DNA from: Ptychomitrium polyphyllum
Taxonomy: Eukaryota
Length of the DNA stretch: 64,000 nt
Assembly: GCA_973851085.1 (NCBI GenBank)
Contig: OZ316775.1
Coordinates: forward strand, 20,274,001-20,338,000
Direction of reading: 5' to 3'
A program made the translations under genes and the position numbers. This document shows, in pieces, positions 40,470-54,635 of the stretch (position 1 is the first letter of the stretch; the number at the start of each line of letters is the position of its first letter). The notes under the pieces are model-generated. The model was not told the origin of the DNA and did not search any database. It saw only the letters and a list, made by a program, of their open reading frames with translations.

Positions 40470-43400
40470 AATATTGTAGTAAAATTTTCCAAGCTACTTG
40501 ACAATTAACAAAAACTACTTAAGCTAATGATATATTTTCTTGCATCTTAAAGATGCATAATTTTGCTCCTTCTTTTAGAAAGGCAAAATTCCTACCTCCA
40601 TATCTACCTTTCCTAGTTCTACTTTCATTAAAAAAAAATTATGTGGTGTATTAGGTTGTTATATGTTCTGTAAATAAAGTACATGTACTAATCTAGAAAA
40701 AGAATACTTATAGGATTCAATCCCTTGGCTTAATAATTAATGAAATGTTGGTGCCATTAAAAAATTAGCTTTAAATGTCTACGCTTAAATTATTGCAACC
40801 AGCCTTCTTTAAAGCTGCCATTTTAGAAAAGCCCTTCTAATGAGAATTCAACAACCTTCATCTTCACATTATTTATTGATCAAATAACTTTTTTTTATTG
40901 TAGATGTTGTTAGAAACTTTTTTTGCCACAATATCCTTCTTCAAAATCAAAGTCATGAAAAGTAAAAAATCTCTACAAATGTATCATCAAATGAAATACA
41001 AAGTAATCAAAATTTACATTATTAATTCACAAAAATGATTATAATCATTAGTGTCACACTATTGTCATATAAAAATATTATATTTGTAAAAGTATAACAT
41101 TTATAATTTATTTGAAATTGCAATTTTAAAAAAAAATTAGTTAAAATTAGGATGCAAAATGACAATTTCGGATTTAAAAATATAGTGCAAATTTAGGTAA
41201 AAATATAGCTGTGAATGCTTTCTTTGCGAAATAAAATATGGAACATGCATTTATATTGGTTTGTTAAAAATTATTTTTCCATCAAATTATTTTTTCCTTG
41301 ATTTCTTTGTATGTTATATCTAAATATAAATAACATTGTTTATTTATATTTGTAGCATAATTAGTAGCACAATATTCTAAACACGTTTCAAATTGGTCAA
41401 ACTATTTTTTTAAAACAATCATTTTAAATAGTCTTAAGAAATTTCATATTACTTCTAAGAAACAATCAATAATCAAAATTGCCTATAATAAAGTCATTTT
41501 GTTATTGTGTTGTAATATAAAAAACAAAGAACCAAATAATTTGTGATTGAGCATATACTAAGTAGCAATTTTTAGATGGAAGAATTTGCCTTAAAAAGAT
41601 TTTTCATTGTAATATGCATCTCCAAGAAAATTACATATTTCTTTCTCCTTCATACATAAATTCCTTATAGATTTTTGAAGTTGAAGATGTCCTAAACCTC
41701 CTTACAACTAGCAAACCAACCTATAAAAAATTTCATATTTCACCTATAAAAGTCTCATGCAAAATATACAAGTATAATACATGATTAATTGAAAAAGTAG
41801 ATTCTTACCAAATCTTACCAAATTCATGGTTCATACACACTCTTCCCAAATAGATTTATCAACTTTAGGACACCACTCTCATCACCCAAATGACACTACA
41901 ATGTGGAATGGAAAAGTCTCCCAACAATTTTACCAACTCATTGAAAAGTCCAAGTTTCGTGACAACCTTGCTATATTGCTGCACAGAAACCTAAGAAGCT
42001 TGATTAACTCTTGGAAGTGGGTGGCTGTGTGTTGGACATGGGGGAGTGTCGGTGCCAGGAACTTAGTCCCTATTCGTAACTGCAACCTCTACGTGGGGTG
42101 TTTCCACCCTGGAGTAATCTGTATCCCATGAAATTTTCCACCAGCCGAGCCTGCATGGCAGGCTGCCGTGACGAGGCAAGCAAGAAAGCAGACTCTTTGA
42201 GCGTGCACGCTGAAGAGGCAGGTCGCTGGAGCCTGAACAAGGGAGCTCTAGTGTCGACTCAGTTAGTAACTGCAGTCATGTGGAGGTCGCAGATGTCACA
42301 GAAGGCAGGCAAGGATGCACTGAAAAGCTCAAAAGCAGTAGGAGCCTGGACCTGGACCTGACGCCGGCACTGCAGTAGAGCATGCCGGGGTAGAAACGGG
42401 CACCACCTGGTTCAACTGGAAGACCAGAGGTGGCGTCACATCGGCATTCCATCACTGCAGATGCTCTCTTTGGGCTTCCAAATGCTTTCTGCTGATGCTG
42501 TCATGGAGGACTGGAATCTTTGGATTCCTAGATCATTGTGGGAGCAGTCCTGGATCTCCTACGCAGTTCCCATCAGGTGACTGTCCGCCCTTGTCACTGG
42601 TGGAGGCGAGACAAATGCACCTAGTCTTGCACCTCGAACTATCTGTCGGTGTTCACTGAGTTTCGTCAAGCTTTGCTAGAGTGTTCTTAGCTGCTGTCTC
42701 GGGCTTTTCATTCATAACCAACAGTCTGCTGGGTGACGGTGTTGTGGACTTCGTTGATGGCTGATGAGGGATGAAGCTAGCTCACCTGATTGATCGTTGC
42801 TGAATTTCATATCTCGCAAATCTAGTGAGACTACACATGCGAGGCAAGAAGTAAAACCACAATAGTAGTCAATTTCAAGCTGATCAAGCTGTTCACCTTG
42901 GGTCTAATCTTCCCATCGTTTTTTTTTTTTTGGTCTCATCCTAAAGAAAGTGTAGAATGCAATTGAGCTCCAACTAAAACTTGCAACGATGTGGACTCGG
43001 CTGAGGCAACCTTAATGAGTGACCTGTCTCAGATGACTCCAGCGATGGCAGTTGGACAGCGGAGATTCACTCAAGAACTTGGTTTTCGTTTCAGTGTTCC
43101 CTGACTAACTGAAGAGGAAGCAGACTCGAATTATCATATTCTTGCGAATGAGTAGAAGGGCAGGATGTGATCTACGGACTTTCACTTGCTTGCGTTCAGA
43201 ACAGGGCGAGGCTATGGCAGGGCACGATGATGTTTTTACACCACTCTAGTCACTGCTTTGCTGCCTTTTAGCGGGAAGATTAATTAGAAAGAGTTCCATC
43301 TTTGGGTACTGCGGGCTTAGAAAAATGGCAGACATGTGGGTGACGAGAAGGGATGGAGTGAACTGCATGTTGGAGGAAAGACGCGTGTGGCAGTGCTAGT

Positions 43401-43749
43401 GGAGATGGCAGGGGTTTAATTTGATGATGCCGGTAGTGCTGTTGGTAACTCCAGAGTCTTCCTTGGATGTATGCTTATCACAGAGGTTGAAAGATGCTGC
43501 GGCGTAACTTGGACAATGTTGAAGGCGAGGTGATGAGAATTGCTGCAAAAGCGACTAAAAGCTTTGTGAAAACTTGTGGTACAATCATTCTCACCCGTTT
43601 GACACACAACCATTAACCTTTTTAGCATAGAACAGGTTGTAATGGTGTGGACCAAGTCTTAGAGGAAGTTTTGTTAGTTCCCTTCCTCTCTAATCGATTG
43701 TTAATTTATTAGTAATCAATTGTTATTGATGGCATAGATAGGCAATGAT

Positions 43750-45700
43750 TTTGTAAATTAATGAACCACCTTTTGATGAGATTTAGGTCATTGATAATGG
43801 TAAATAAATTTAGTATTTAGCAAATTTTGACATTTTGTATCCATTGTAGTACTTATTGGCTCTTTCCAACCAATCTACATTTCTACTACTTAATGACAAG
43901 CCAAAATAAAAAGTTAGAGATTTTAATATCAATAGTGCAATTGCAAATTTGATAAATCTGAGTGGAGGAAATTGTTCAAGACAATCATATGACCCTTTAG
44001 AAAAAGACCTTGGCTTGTTGATATGTATGAATGCTACTTTAAATCCTATTTGTAATGATCTTAACAACAATCTTAGATGCAAGTCATTCTTGCTAAGAGT
44101 TGCGTCACGCATAATGAATTGATTTTTCTTTGACAATACCAAATGTGCTAGGATATGATTTTTATACAATAATCATTTTTAGCTTTTAAGTTAATTGATT
44201 AAACTATCTCTTTTCCAGCTTTAAGAAATAGCACTTGGTTCACTTGTAAAGTAATATCCTCCAATTCTATTTTGATGAAAATTACTAAGTATATTTATCA
44301 ACTTTTTTAAAAGTAAGACCTTAATTGATTACGTTCTCATTGAAAAATGTAGCATTAACTCCTTTAATAGAATTGAAGACCCTTATATTGCATGGCAAAG
44401 GCTCAAAAATAATAATAAGTAGGTCATTAGCAACATGGATAATATTAAATAAAAGAGAAGTTTATTAAGCCAATAGAGCCAAATTTAGTTACAAAAATAA
44501 GTAGGCTACCGCAAGCAACATTATGGCTAAAGTTACCAATGTTGTTTTGATGCCACGTATTGGACTTGGCGTCATTGTCACAATGCAATTTAAGGCTCTT
44601 TCCAATCAAATTGCTACTATATAATCTTGTTTTGTGTATATATTGCAATTGCTACAACTTTGTCTCTATGAATGTTGAAGCATTGGAATAGAAGGATGTC
44701 TAGCTGTATTGCAAATACATTTATCACATATTCAAGTACATCTCCAAATTTGGCTACATTAACAACCACTTCATTTACACTCCTATTTATAGCTACAATG
44801 AAGTGAAAGATTGTTTTGAAGAAGGGCAATTTTATTACCATCACTTCAAGCCTTCAATCGTTGTACTTTATTAATAAGGACCTACGATTCCAAAAATTTA
44901 TCATCTCCACTTGATAAATGATTACATTCCAAATCTACTCCTATAATAGCTTGTTTTAAATCCTAAATGTATTGTTGAATGTAAAATTGGTGTGTGCATC
45001 TTCAATGTCTTCATTCTATTTTAAAATCTTTTGTGTATGTTTTCTTTGTCCACATTATGGCTCTTTCTACCAACATGTTATAATTAAATCATTATACATA
45101 GTGGATTGATAATTTGTGCAAGTAGAATTAAGCAAAGCTAATGAACAAACATTCCTATGCCATAATTTGGTAGTTTTATTATAATGTAAAGAATGGATTT
45201 TATTTGGACAAGAAAAGATGAGTATGAGGTTTGTTCTCTTAAGTGCTGGTTAAAAATGTGGTACTCCTACATCTTAGATATGAAGGCTAAAACTAGGGAG
45301 GCTATTTTCAGCAATGGGGCTGGCTACATTCAATAAATATGATGACATTCTTTAAATTTCCATTATCCTAGGAGGTTAGGCGGCCATTATTAATACATTA
45401 ATGTACTTGAACACTTACTATTTTCTATTTGAAAAAAAATAGTGGTGCTATTTGAAATACCTATCATGTATTATTAAAGATGATAATTCATCTATTGCAA
45501 TAATTTATGCATTCAAATGGGCCACTATCATCATCTTCTGTGGTCTTGGTGACATTGTTGTATACTATTTAGATGATATAAGACAATCATTTTCTTCTTC
45601 ACATATTGCCCACATGTACTAGGACATCTTAAACATTTGTAGAATATCAAGTGGATATTCATCATTTAACTTTCTAATATAAAGAGGTCCTTGGATTGGA
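43750..45700 (-). mobile_element. Highly degenerate Ty1/Copia pol relic (boundaries approximate)
   Basis: Minus-strand remnants: WHRNV (WHxRLGH-like, ~45160), AIAIYTQNK (TAxYLxNR-like) and SLQIGFKVAFIH (QxDVKxAFLH-like). Integrase precedes RT, the Copia order. Confidence 0.5.
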
Positions 45701-47261
45701 TGATTTGGAAAATCAACCTTGGTCTGAAAACAAAAACTTTTTAAAAGTAATAGTAAATGCCTATATACAAGTGGCTAATTTTTTGTCCACATTAGAAACT
45801 GGAGTCTTACTTGCAAATTACGGTTCAACTTTTTACAACTATATTTATCCTAAAGGCAAAGGTGATTCCTTTCAAACCAAGTTATAAAGAAGAACTTATA
45901 GCTAAGTAGGCAAAAGATAATTTCAATAAATTTCATCTTTGTGTTGTAGAAAAGAAATTTATATGGAACCTCGTAACCACCCACAAGAATAGGCCACATT
46001 AATTTAAAAAAAAAAACCACATGTCAAGTTTCCAACTTTACCAACTTTATAGATAAAAACAGGTTTAAATTTAGTAATTTCTTCTAATTCCGTGAGTAGA
46101 TAGTGCTCTCCACTCTTTGCTCTCCGCTCACATCCTAGCGTCGTTGAAGAAGCTTCACTCCGTTCACTTTATCCTCGTCAGACTTGAACAGCCAGCAGAT
46201 GTGCCTAAGGAGATCAAAATCCAAAATTCCTCAACCTTGCACTTGATGATTGCAAAGCAAAGCTGAGATATTGCAAGGAGAGGCTGCCAACCATTCTGGT
46301 GTCACTCTCCAGAACGAACAAGTCGACTGATTTCATGCGAACCAAACTCCCTCAGATCTGTGTGTGTGAAAGAAGGAGAAGAAATCACAAACAAGTTAGC
46401 TCTGCAGTACACCCTCTCTCGAAGAGCACGCGCATACATATCAAACCCAGGTTCAAACAAGCGCAAGAACCTCTGTTTACAACCTGTGAAAACTTTTACA
46501 TGTAACTCTTGAAGCGAGAAAACACCATCTGGGCTGCACGTATGCAGCTCTGGCTACAACATTCTCAAGTTCACTCTCCATCGTCTTACGGCTAACGATG
46601 GCATAAGGGAGGGTGTGGAAGAACACCATATGAACTTTGCTACTGACATACTGCCGCACCACCATTTCGGTATCTGGACTTACATGCGGCATAGGTTCTT
46701 ACTTGTTTTTCATTTTGCTACCTTTGCAAGCCTGTAACATCAACCAGCTCCCTCACTATCTCATGAAAAGTGGGCTATCTCCTTGCTTCGATCGAAACTC
46801 TTGCACCACTTGGTCTCAACAACAGGTGATAAGCTTCGTGAGCTCAAAACTAATAAAATCCAAGCTGCAGTGCATCGCCAGACACAAACGAGGAAAAGAC
46901 TGACCATGCACACGATCGTCACACAAAGCATTTGATCCACGATCGAAGAATCATGTCCTCTGCACATAAGTCCTTGATGGATTACCATACATGTAGATGG
47001 AATCACCTGCAGGCGATGTCATATTTGTACAAAGACTTTTTCAAGGAATGGATGTGCGTTTGGGGCGCATTCATCTGAAAGGTTCATCGTCTCGACTTCC
47101 GCGAGTGGGGTCTCTTGGGTGACGTCCTGAAGTTGTTGCAGAGATTCCAACGCACTGAATTGCCATGGCTCGGAAGCCCTAAACCTCCAGAGCAGGCCAC
47201 GGGGGGTGGCAGGTGCGAGACAAAGCTTAGTGTTGCTCTTGGCGTTGGAGATTTCCAATCA

Positions 47262-50200
47262 ATGGAGCGAGGGTGGATCGTCAAGCGTGGCTCTCGTGAT
47301 GCTCTTGGACGGGGGCAGAGTATGCTCAATGCGATCCATGATCGGAGTAGGCCCCTCGCCAATCCTACCTCAGAAGGTATGACTTGCTTTCTTTTTGAAT
47401 CTTTTTATTATGCCAATCTTTCTTTCGCCTTTGTCGGCATAGAGCTGGTCGTAAGGCTGATTGCGAGCAGATGGCGACTGAGGATCGTTTGTCTAGAGAT
47501 TTACGATGAATTTTCATTCTCATGGTATGCTGTTTTCGGTGTGTGGGTTACAATTCTGTTGTGATTTGATTTTGCGTTGTTAATGTCATTTGAATGGCGA
47601 GAGGTCTAGGTAGCAGGCGGCGTGTTGTTTGGCAGGAGAAGATGATGTGATTATTGTTTTGATGAATTGTCGTCTTCTGGTCTCATTTTTTCTCATTGAA
47701 TTCAAGGTTGTTTCTTTCATGTGATTTGGATCCTTAATTGATCTGGAAAGTCGCTGGAAATCATGGCAAAACGTGGGTGGACTGTGCGAGATGAAGCCTA
47801 TGTCATTCGATTCAGTTTGAAATTTACTTCAAACAGTGACTTGTTTTGCCACTGATTTCTGATTCTGAGATGCTAGACTGGAGTAAAATCTTAAGTTTGC
47901 TGCACGCTGTATTGTTATCCACGAGCAACTTTTTTTGGTCTCCAACTTCAGCTCTGGAATGATCGCTGGGTGTCGGTGGCCATTGGAATGCTTCAATGCT
48001 CTGTTACCTTCGTTTCACCGTATTTTCTGCAGTAAGTTAACCATTGCCGTTGCGTTAAACCCATGTGCTCAACATGCGTTGCTTAACCTTTACCTGAACA
48101 CAATACTACAGTCAGGTGCTGGCAATGAGCTCAACACATCAAGTGAGCTCAATTTGTAACCTTACCAACTTGCGAACAGGTTTTACGTGATAGAGTGTTT
48201 TCTGCTGTAAGTCCACCGTTATGTGCGGTAAGTCAATATGCTTAGAGCTGCGTTGCTCAACATTTGCCCAATACAACACAGCTTAATTTATAATAAATAT
48301 ATCAAGTCCTGAACAGGTTACCTGCGACAGGCATTTGCGACAGCCGATTATTAGGAGAAAAAGACGATGAACAAATGAAATTGGTCTGTCTCAATTCATC
48401 TGGAATGAGTCTAGTTGAAACTCGTCTTCGGTTTCGTGGTAGTGCAAATGCATAGTCATTCATTGGTTACGAGCCTCGAGTATGAGTCGTCGTATATTTG
48501 TTTGCTGCATTTAGAAGCATTTGAACGAAGAGGTGGATATGCATTTTCCAGTATGGTTCAACTGACATTGGAGTGGCCAGGGTGCAGGAGCTGCAATCGA
48601 TCAGGCGATGCAGAACCCTGGATGTTACCTATACCTATACATATTGTCACAAGCTCTGCACAGCTGCCGATGTCCTTCCTGCAGCCCAATTCTGATCAGC
48701 CACTTGTAATTGGTTTTGATTGTGAAGGGGTCAATCTCGCCCGTCATGGCCGCCTCTGTATCATGCAAGTATGTATTGCTCGCCACTAGTGACGGCTGCT
48801 TTCCCTCTGTTGCCAGTTACGTTCCTGACTTTCGAGTACGTTTAGCATTCTTCACAATCAAAGTTAACGAACCCGTACATTACTAGAAGCCACATGTTAC
48901 GTCTATATAGTAGAGATCGCTGAGTGCCGAGCATGAGGTGCTGGAGTATGGATTCTTATTGGTACATTCAGTGCAAATTTATCTTATTTAAGAATACGAA
49001 AAAACGTGCGAAGCTGGGAACAATACAGTATTTGCGAATATCGCTAGAAGTCAATGGCTAGTCGACTTGAATTTGGGGGATTAGGGAGAGGATTTGATTG
49101 AGACCTTTATCACTTTTGTGGGTGGAGATGTGCAAGGCAATGCACCATGTTAACTTTGATGCCTTTCCAGGATCTTGAGGTACTTGTCTTCTAGGATACA
49201 GTGGGTTATAATGATATCCAGAATATTTTACTAATTATTTTTTCTCAGTCTAACCCAATGATTTTGTATGTGACAGTTGGCATTTGACGACGCCGTCTAT
49301 TTGGTGGACACAGTAGAAGGAGGCAACGCACTGATGCAAGCTTGTAAGGTGGGCTTGGAGTCGCCCTACGTAACTAAAGTTTGCCATGACTGTAAGCGCG
49401 ACTGTGAGGTACTTTTCACTTCTTATTTCTAGTTTCTTTCCTGGTGTATTATTTGTAGTTTATGGTCTGTAGTTGGTAACAGGTAATAGCAATCGTTGTT
49501 CTTTTAGTTTGTTTTTCTCAATTGTTACAGTATATACTCACCAAGGTTGGCATTTGTATGCATCAACTTGGTGTATCGTGCAGTTCTATCCTTTTCATAA
49601 CATGCCATTTCTAGTTTCTCGTTCTCCTGACGAACGAAGCGTCAGGATCTTATTGTTATACGATGTGACCTGTCTAGAAGTGGCAAGTACCAATAATCTT
49701 CTTTCGGTCGTCTTGCAGGCTCTGTATTTCCAGTATAATATCAAACTGAACAAAATCTTCGACACTCAGGTTAGTGCAGTTTTCTTGCCCAGTTACCATC
49801 AAAGCTATACAAAGAGTACTTCTGCAGTATAAGTGCAAGCATAAGACTAGGAGGAGCATTGACTAGTTAGTGCATTTTCTCCCAGTTCGTTAATGTAGAC
49901 TATTTGGTTAGAACTAGCGCTTATTTACAAAACGTTCCAAGCATTGCTCTCGCATTTCACGAGCATTAGGAAAATTTTGGGGAGTAACACTGTCTGGAAG
50001 GTTATGCCAGATTGCTTACAGTCTGTTGGAGGAACAACTTGGAAACAAATGGGTGCCAGATGATTACATTTCCTTCGTGGATCTCTTAGCAGATGAACGA
50101 TATTGTGGTACGAATACCCCTGCTTTTTGTCTATTTATATTGGTTTGATTCGTCTCAGACACTCTTGGTCTGTGTCCTCTACCAGTTTTCTTTTTAATAA

Positions 50201-52140
50201 TCTCGCTACGTGGATCAAAGAGCTGTTATACAAAGTATTTGGATTTTAGACATTATGTGGTGAGCTACTATCATTTTTGTAATGGATATGTGTTTTCTGA
50301 CTCTTCTAGCAGCTGTTACTGTAACAAGTTTCTTATGGTCTAGACAGTTTATTAAATTGGCAGGCATAGATTATGATGAGATAGAGGAGGTGCGAGTGCT
50401 GCTGAAGAAGGTCAGTTTTTATTCATAAAGGATCCCTGAGAGATTATTTAAGTTCTTTGAAGAGATCCTGTCTATTTCCCGCGTGCCCTGTAAGTTGGAA
50501 GCTACCATATCCATCCTCCTCGCTTAGATACTGGCAAACCCTTGCTCTGTCCATTACGTGGTTCGCTTATCGCTATATCTCTTCAGATCAGTAGCGTTGA
50601 AGCAGGTTATTACATAGAATATTTTTCGCAGAACAGCATAATCAAGTCTACATGACTGATGGTAAGGATATCATATTGCTTACAGTGTAGAGATCAAAAC
50701 ACCAGAAAACGTGTTTTTATCGAACACGAGGGTTCATTATTAAAAGAGTATGTCAATGACAGTTTGGTGGATTGATAATGTGCACAGGATCCCCAGTTTT
50801 GGACTCGTAGACCCTGGAATGAGATGATGAAAAGGGTGGCAACTGATGATGTACGATTTCTCCTTCGCATTTATGAGCGTATGTTGGAGTTATTGACGGA
50901 GCTTTCCAAGTGGCGTCTTAGCGTTCGGAGCTCTCTTTACTGTCGCTGCTTCTGTTCTGTTGACAATCATTTTACAGGTTGTCATCCTCCACCCTTTCCA
51001 GGTGTGATGCATACCATCAACTTTGTTTTCTGCACATCTCTAATCAGGCTGATTATGCCTTTGATTTGAAGTGGTCAGTTTAGACCAGGAGTTATGCACC
51101 TTCTGATACTTTGGCAACGTTGATCTTGAGTTATTATGGTTTGACATTGGTCATCAGAGGAATTGGTTGACGAACAAGCCCCGGAAGAGGTTCTTGTGGC
51201 GGTAGATGTTCCTCCTGGAAAAATGGGTCTCGTTATTGGCAAGAAAGGTACCTCCATCCTCGAAATCAAGAAATCTTGCAGGTACTTCTTATCGCAGAGT
51301 TCATATTTGTAGTACCTTTCACACTCAAACTGCGTGCTCAGGACTTTATAAAGTTCTCGCATAAGCAGATGTTCTACATAGGTACTCCTGCCCTTCTGTG
51401 CTTCCGCTAGTGATATTTAATATTCTTTCACATAAGGTATTCGGTACTAACTATGTCTCATAATCTTATTGATCAGTGCTTCGTCAGATATTTAGTACTC
51501 ATTCTCGTTCGGTTGTTCTGAGGTGTTTCATCTTCAACAATTTATGTACAGTCTGCTTCTGTTACATCCCCTAGGTTTCATTCTGAAAGGTATGATTTAT
51601 TACGCAGTTGTGGCATTTTCATTGGGGGAGAAAAGGGTCTTCCAGATAAGGCAAGCCTTTCAACCAAATATTGTAGCTCCAACATTTTGTTTGAATCATC
51701 TCCTTAGCTTGTAAGGATCATTTATGAGTTTTGGAAATTAAAGACCATTGTTTCAATGATGTTGGGTATTTCTTTCTAGATTAGCTAGGGTTTCAAGGAT
51801 GTCCTTAAAAGAATCAATTTTGTTGTAGTAGTTTTGCCGATATCTGCCTGTACCTTGGCTGCTGATTTAGCACCTCCTTGTCGAATATTTAATTAAATGG
51901 CATAAGGTGAGCCACATCGAGTTAAGAGTCGTGACGAGCAAGTTTATTTCAATTATTGAAACATTTGGCATTTAGTATATGGGCTTTCGAGGACGATAAC
52001 GTTCATAGAATGTTAGAGCTTGGTGACTGATCTTAAGTCACAACTTGCTTGGGGCTTTGCTACAGGTGTTTGTCATTGGAGCAGTGAAGGAAGTGCGTAA
52101 GGCAGAGGCAATACTGCGTGGAAAGTTCATACCAAATTGA
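47262..52140 (+). CDS. DEDD 3'-5' exonuclease (EXD1/Egalitarian-like) with C-terminal KH domain. Exons ~47262-47376 (tentative), ~48581-48768, 49277-49408, 49719-49769, 50011-50108, 50364-50410, 50788-51001, 51158-51281, 51608-51650, 52066-52140
   Basis: IGFDCEGV (ExoI), HDCKRDCEAL (ExoII), FDTQIAY, FWTRRP...ATDDVRFL (ExoIII). KH domain VDVPPGKMGLVIGKKGTSI...VFVIGAVKEVRKAEAILRG. Confidence 0.9.
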
Positions 52141-53869
52141 GATGGATGGATTTACATCGATTGAAACTTTGCTTCGCAACTGAGCTATGTTTCAGTCTGG
52201 AGTTCTCCGCTCATTCCTTCAATTTTATCATGGACAGTCGATGAGGGCATATTTGGATTTTCAAAGGTTTTGTGAAAGTCTCTTCAAACCTATTCTGCTT
52301 CGTCATCCAGATTGCATACCTTTGTGTTCAATGTGGAGCTCAGTAGTAGAATCGCAGGTAGTTTTACTGACTTGTTGATGAATAGAATCCGGGAAAGGAA
52401 CACATTCTTCCTTGCATTTGCGTAGCTGACTAGGTGGACGGGTGTCGATAGGAAGTATTTTGACCCTTTAATTTATTGTGAATTGTAGACCATATTATAC
52501 TACGATATCTATCTTTCCTTGTATCTTCTGGTCTTGAAATAAGACGGAGCTAGTATTGAGCCTTTCAATACCTGAAGAACAATTTCTCTAGTCTCGTTCC
52601 CATGCATTGGAATTATGCTTTGGAATTATGCCTCTCTGAATATAGCTTCGCATCACTTGCCGAACAGCTTATCTGCTTGAAACTTTCCTGGATAAGTGCA
52701 TGTTTATTGGTGAAAAATATGTAGATAATTGGCAACGATATTTAGCCTATCCGTAAAATAATTTACAGGTTTGTGTGATGAGTATTTATCTAATAATGAA
52801 TTCAATAGTGTGAAGGTGAATACCTATTTCTATTTAGTCTTGAAAGATGGAAAAATATTTTATATTTTAGTGAACTCTCTTTAACAAGATTTGAAGATTT
52901 GTTTGGATTTTCAAATGAAAAACGTCGTTAGATCTTCAATAAAATAAGACACTTCTTTTTCTGCCGCGGCATACAGAACCAGAACAGTAACTTCAAAATA
53001 GCACAGTCGTGTGCCGTTGGCCAAATTGTGAATCATAAAAAATCTAACAGCTATTAATATCGTATCTCTAACCTGTTGCCCAAAGTTCGTTTTCCGTGTT
53101 CAATACATTACAGTATCAAGCGACGATGACAAGATTACCTATCTGAGACAAAATATATTATTGTAATAAGTTCATCGGAGCTGTAACGAATCCCATCAAG
53201 TCCTGTAGTCCGAAATATTCATACGGAGAAGGCTTTGAGGGCAGCACATGTCCTAACTCCTAATCTTGTAATACTCTTGTTATGCTACACCACTGTACTG
53301 TATACATACGGTACTCAAAGTCTCGACTCTAACTGACCAACTCGACTCCAGTGCAGTAAAAACAAGGGAAGCCCAAGTCCGTAAGCAACCTTCAAAGTGA
53401 CATTCGTAAGCTTTGCAACGTACTTCTTTCTCTTGCAACGTCTTCCCTTGCAAAACACTATAACCGAAATACTGCCATTCGTACTTTGAAACTTCAACGA
53501 CATCGGAAAGGCCCAACCAGAACTTAAGCAACAAATTATACTGTACCATACAATACCACAATTATAATCTTTACGGATCTTCTCAGCTTATCATACTCAA
53601 CAACACAGTTGAGATGCCGGAGACCATCAGAGACCAAAATTGTATTATACATGAGAAATGTACATGGGCCAGTTGCTTCACCAGACAGAATTGCCACATC
53701 AGTAGCAAGAGAGAGCTCCGTTGAAAGTGAAAGACTTCGGTCTGATAGCGTACGACCTCTTCCGAGACAAGATCCTGTCATAGTGCCCATCCTCCGAGCT
53801 GCTTGACGGCGACACCATGTAATCTGACTGGTCACCTTCCACCTGTAATTTCCGCTCCATAGATAACCC

Positions 53870-54635
53870 TTAGCTTTTACTCGGAGGCGTAACTGTTAAG
53901 CTCCGAGACACAGGTGCTGGCTTCGGTGTCTTTTTCTCTTCTGCTGACATCGCATCTGGTGTTGCGTGCAAATGAAGATCAAAGCTCAGGAACCCTTGTT
54001 GTCGCCCTGAACGCCGAGTAACCTGCCATTCGAGAAGAACAACATACTAGGGTCATTTCCAAGTTGAAAATATATGAAAATGAAGGAACGTGGCACCAAA
54101 CATATGTAAATGCCCTACTCGTTCTAATTGTAGGCGCGATCAGAGCAGCGGATTTCAACGACATTGTTAACTTGAAGTCATTTAAGTAATAACGGACAAT
54201 GGCGATTTAGAGAAACGCTTTGCGGGAATCCTAGCATCTAAATAAGTTCGAATACTTGGACAATTTAGCAAAGAAGTTCACAATTGTGGGACTTACAGGA
54301 TGAGCATGAAATTCTGTAAAAACCGCAGCGCCGTCGGAACCATCCAGAAGAATGTCACTAAGAAGAACCCTTACAAACCCGATTCGTCTTGTGGACACTA
54401 AACCTTGACCGAGCAACTCGATATTCAAGTACATACCGCATCCTAAGGTCCTTTCGTCTATTGCCACAGAGATAGTCGTATAGAAAACTGGGTGTTTTCC
54501 ATGGGCTTTGGTCGTGGGAGACGGCACCCGAACACTGGGCTCTATCCACGCCACAGCGTAGACAGACATCATCCTCGCGCTTTTCACTCCAGTTGCTGAA
54601 TGCAAGACCACGTCTAGCTTCCTCACCTCTTTCAT
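53870..54635 (-). CDS. C2-domain protein (SRC2/BAP-like). Exons 54635-54297 and 54022-53870
   Basis: LDVVLHSATGVK..MSVYAVAWIEP...GKHPVF...LNIELLGQGLVSTRRIGFVRV...HP|VTRRSGRQQGFLSF is the typical plant SRC2-type C2 pattern. Confidence 0.82.

Noticed and set aside
42230..42250. Partial resemblance to miR319 (AAGGGAGCTC)
   Set aside because: The 5' half mismatches and no complementary arm was found upstream.
46243..46331. C/D-box snoRNA-like TGATGA...CTGA arrangement
   Set aside because: There is no terminal stem and I could not recognise an rRNA or snRNA complementary guide.
47019..47362. Minus-strand ORFs overlapping the exonuclease 5' region
   Set aside because: They are short with no recognisable domain, as expected by chance in GC-rich promoter or first-exon DNA.
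53982..53992. AAGCTCAGGA match to the miR390 5' end (possible TAS3-like site)
   Set aside because: Only 10 nt match, there is no hairpin or second site, and it lies inside the C2 coding exon.
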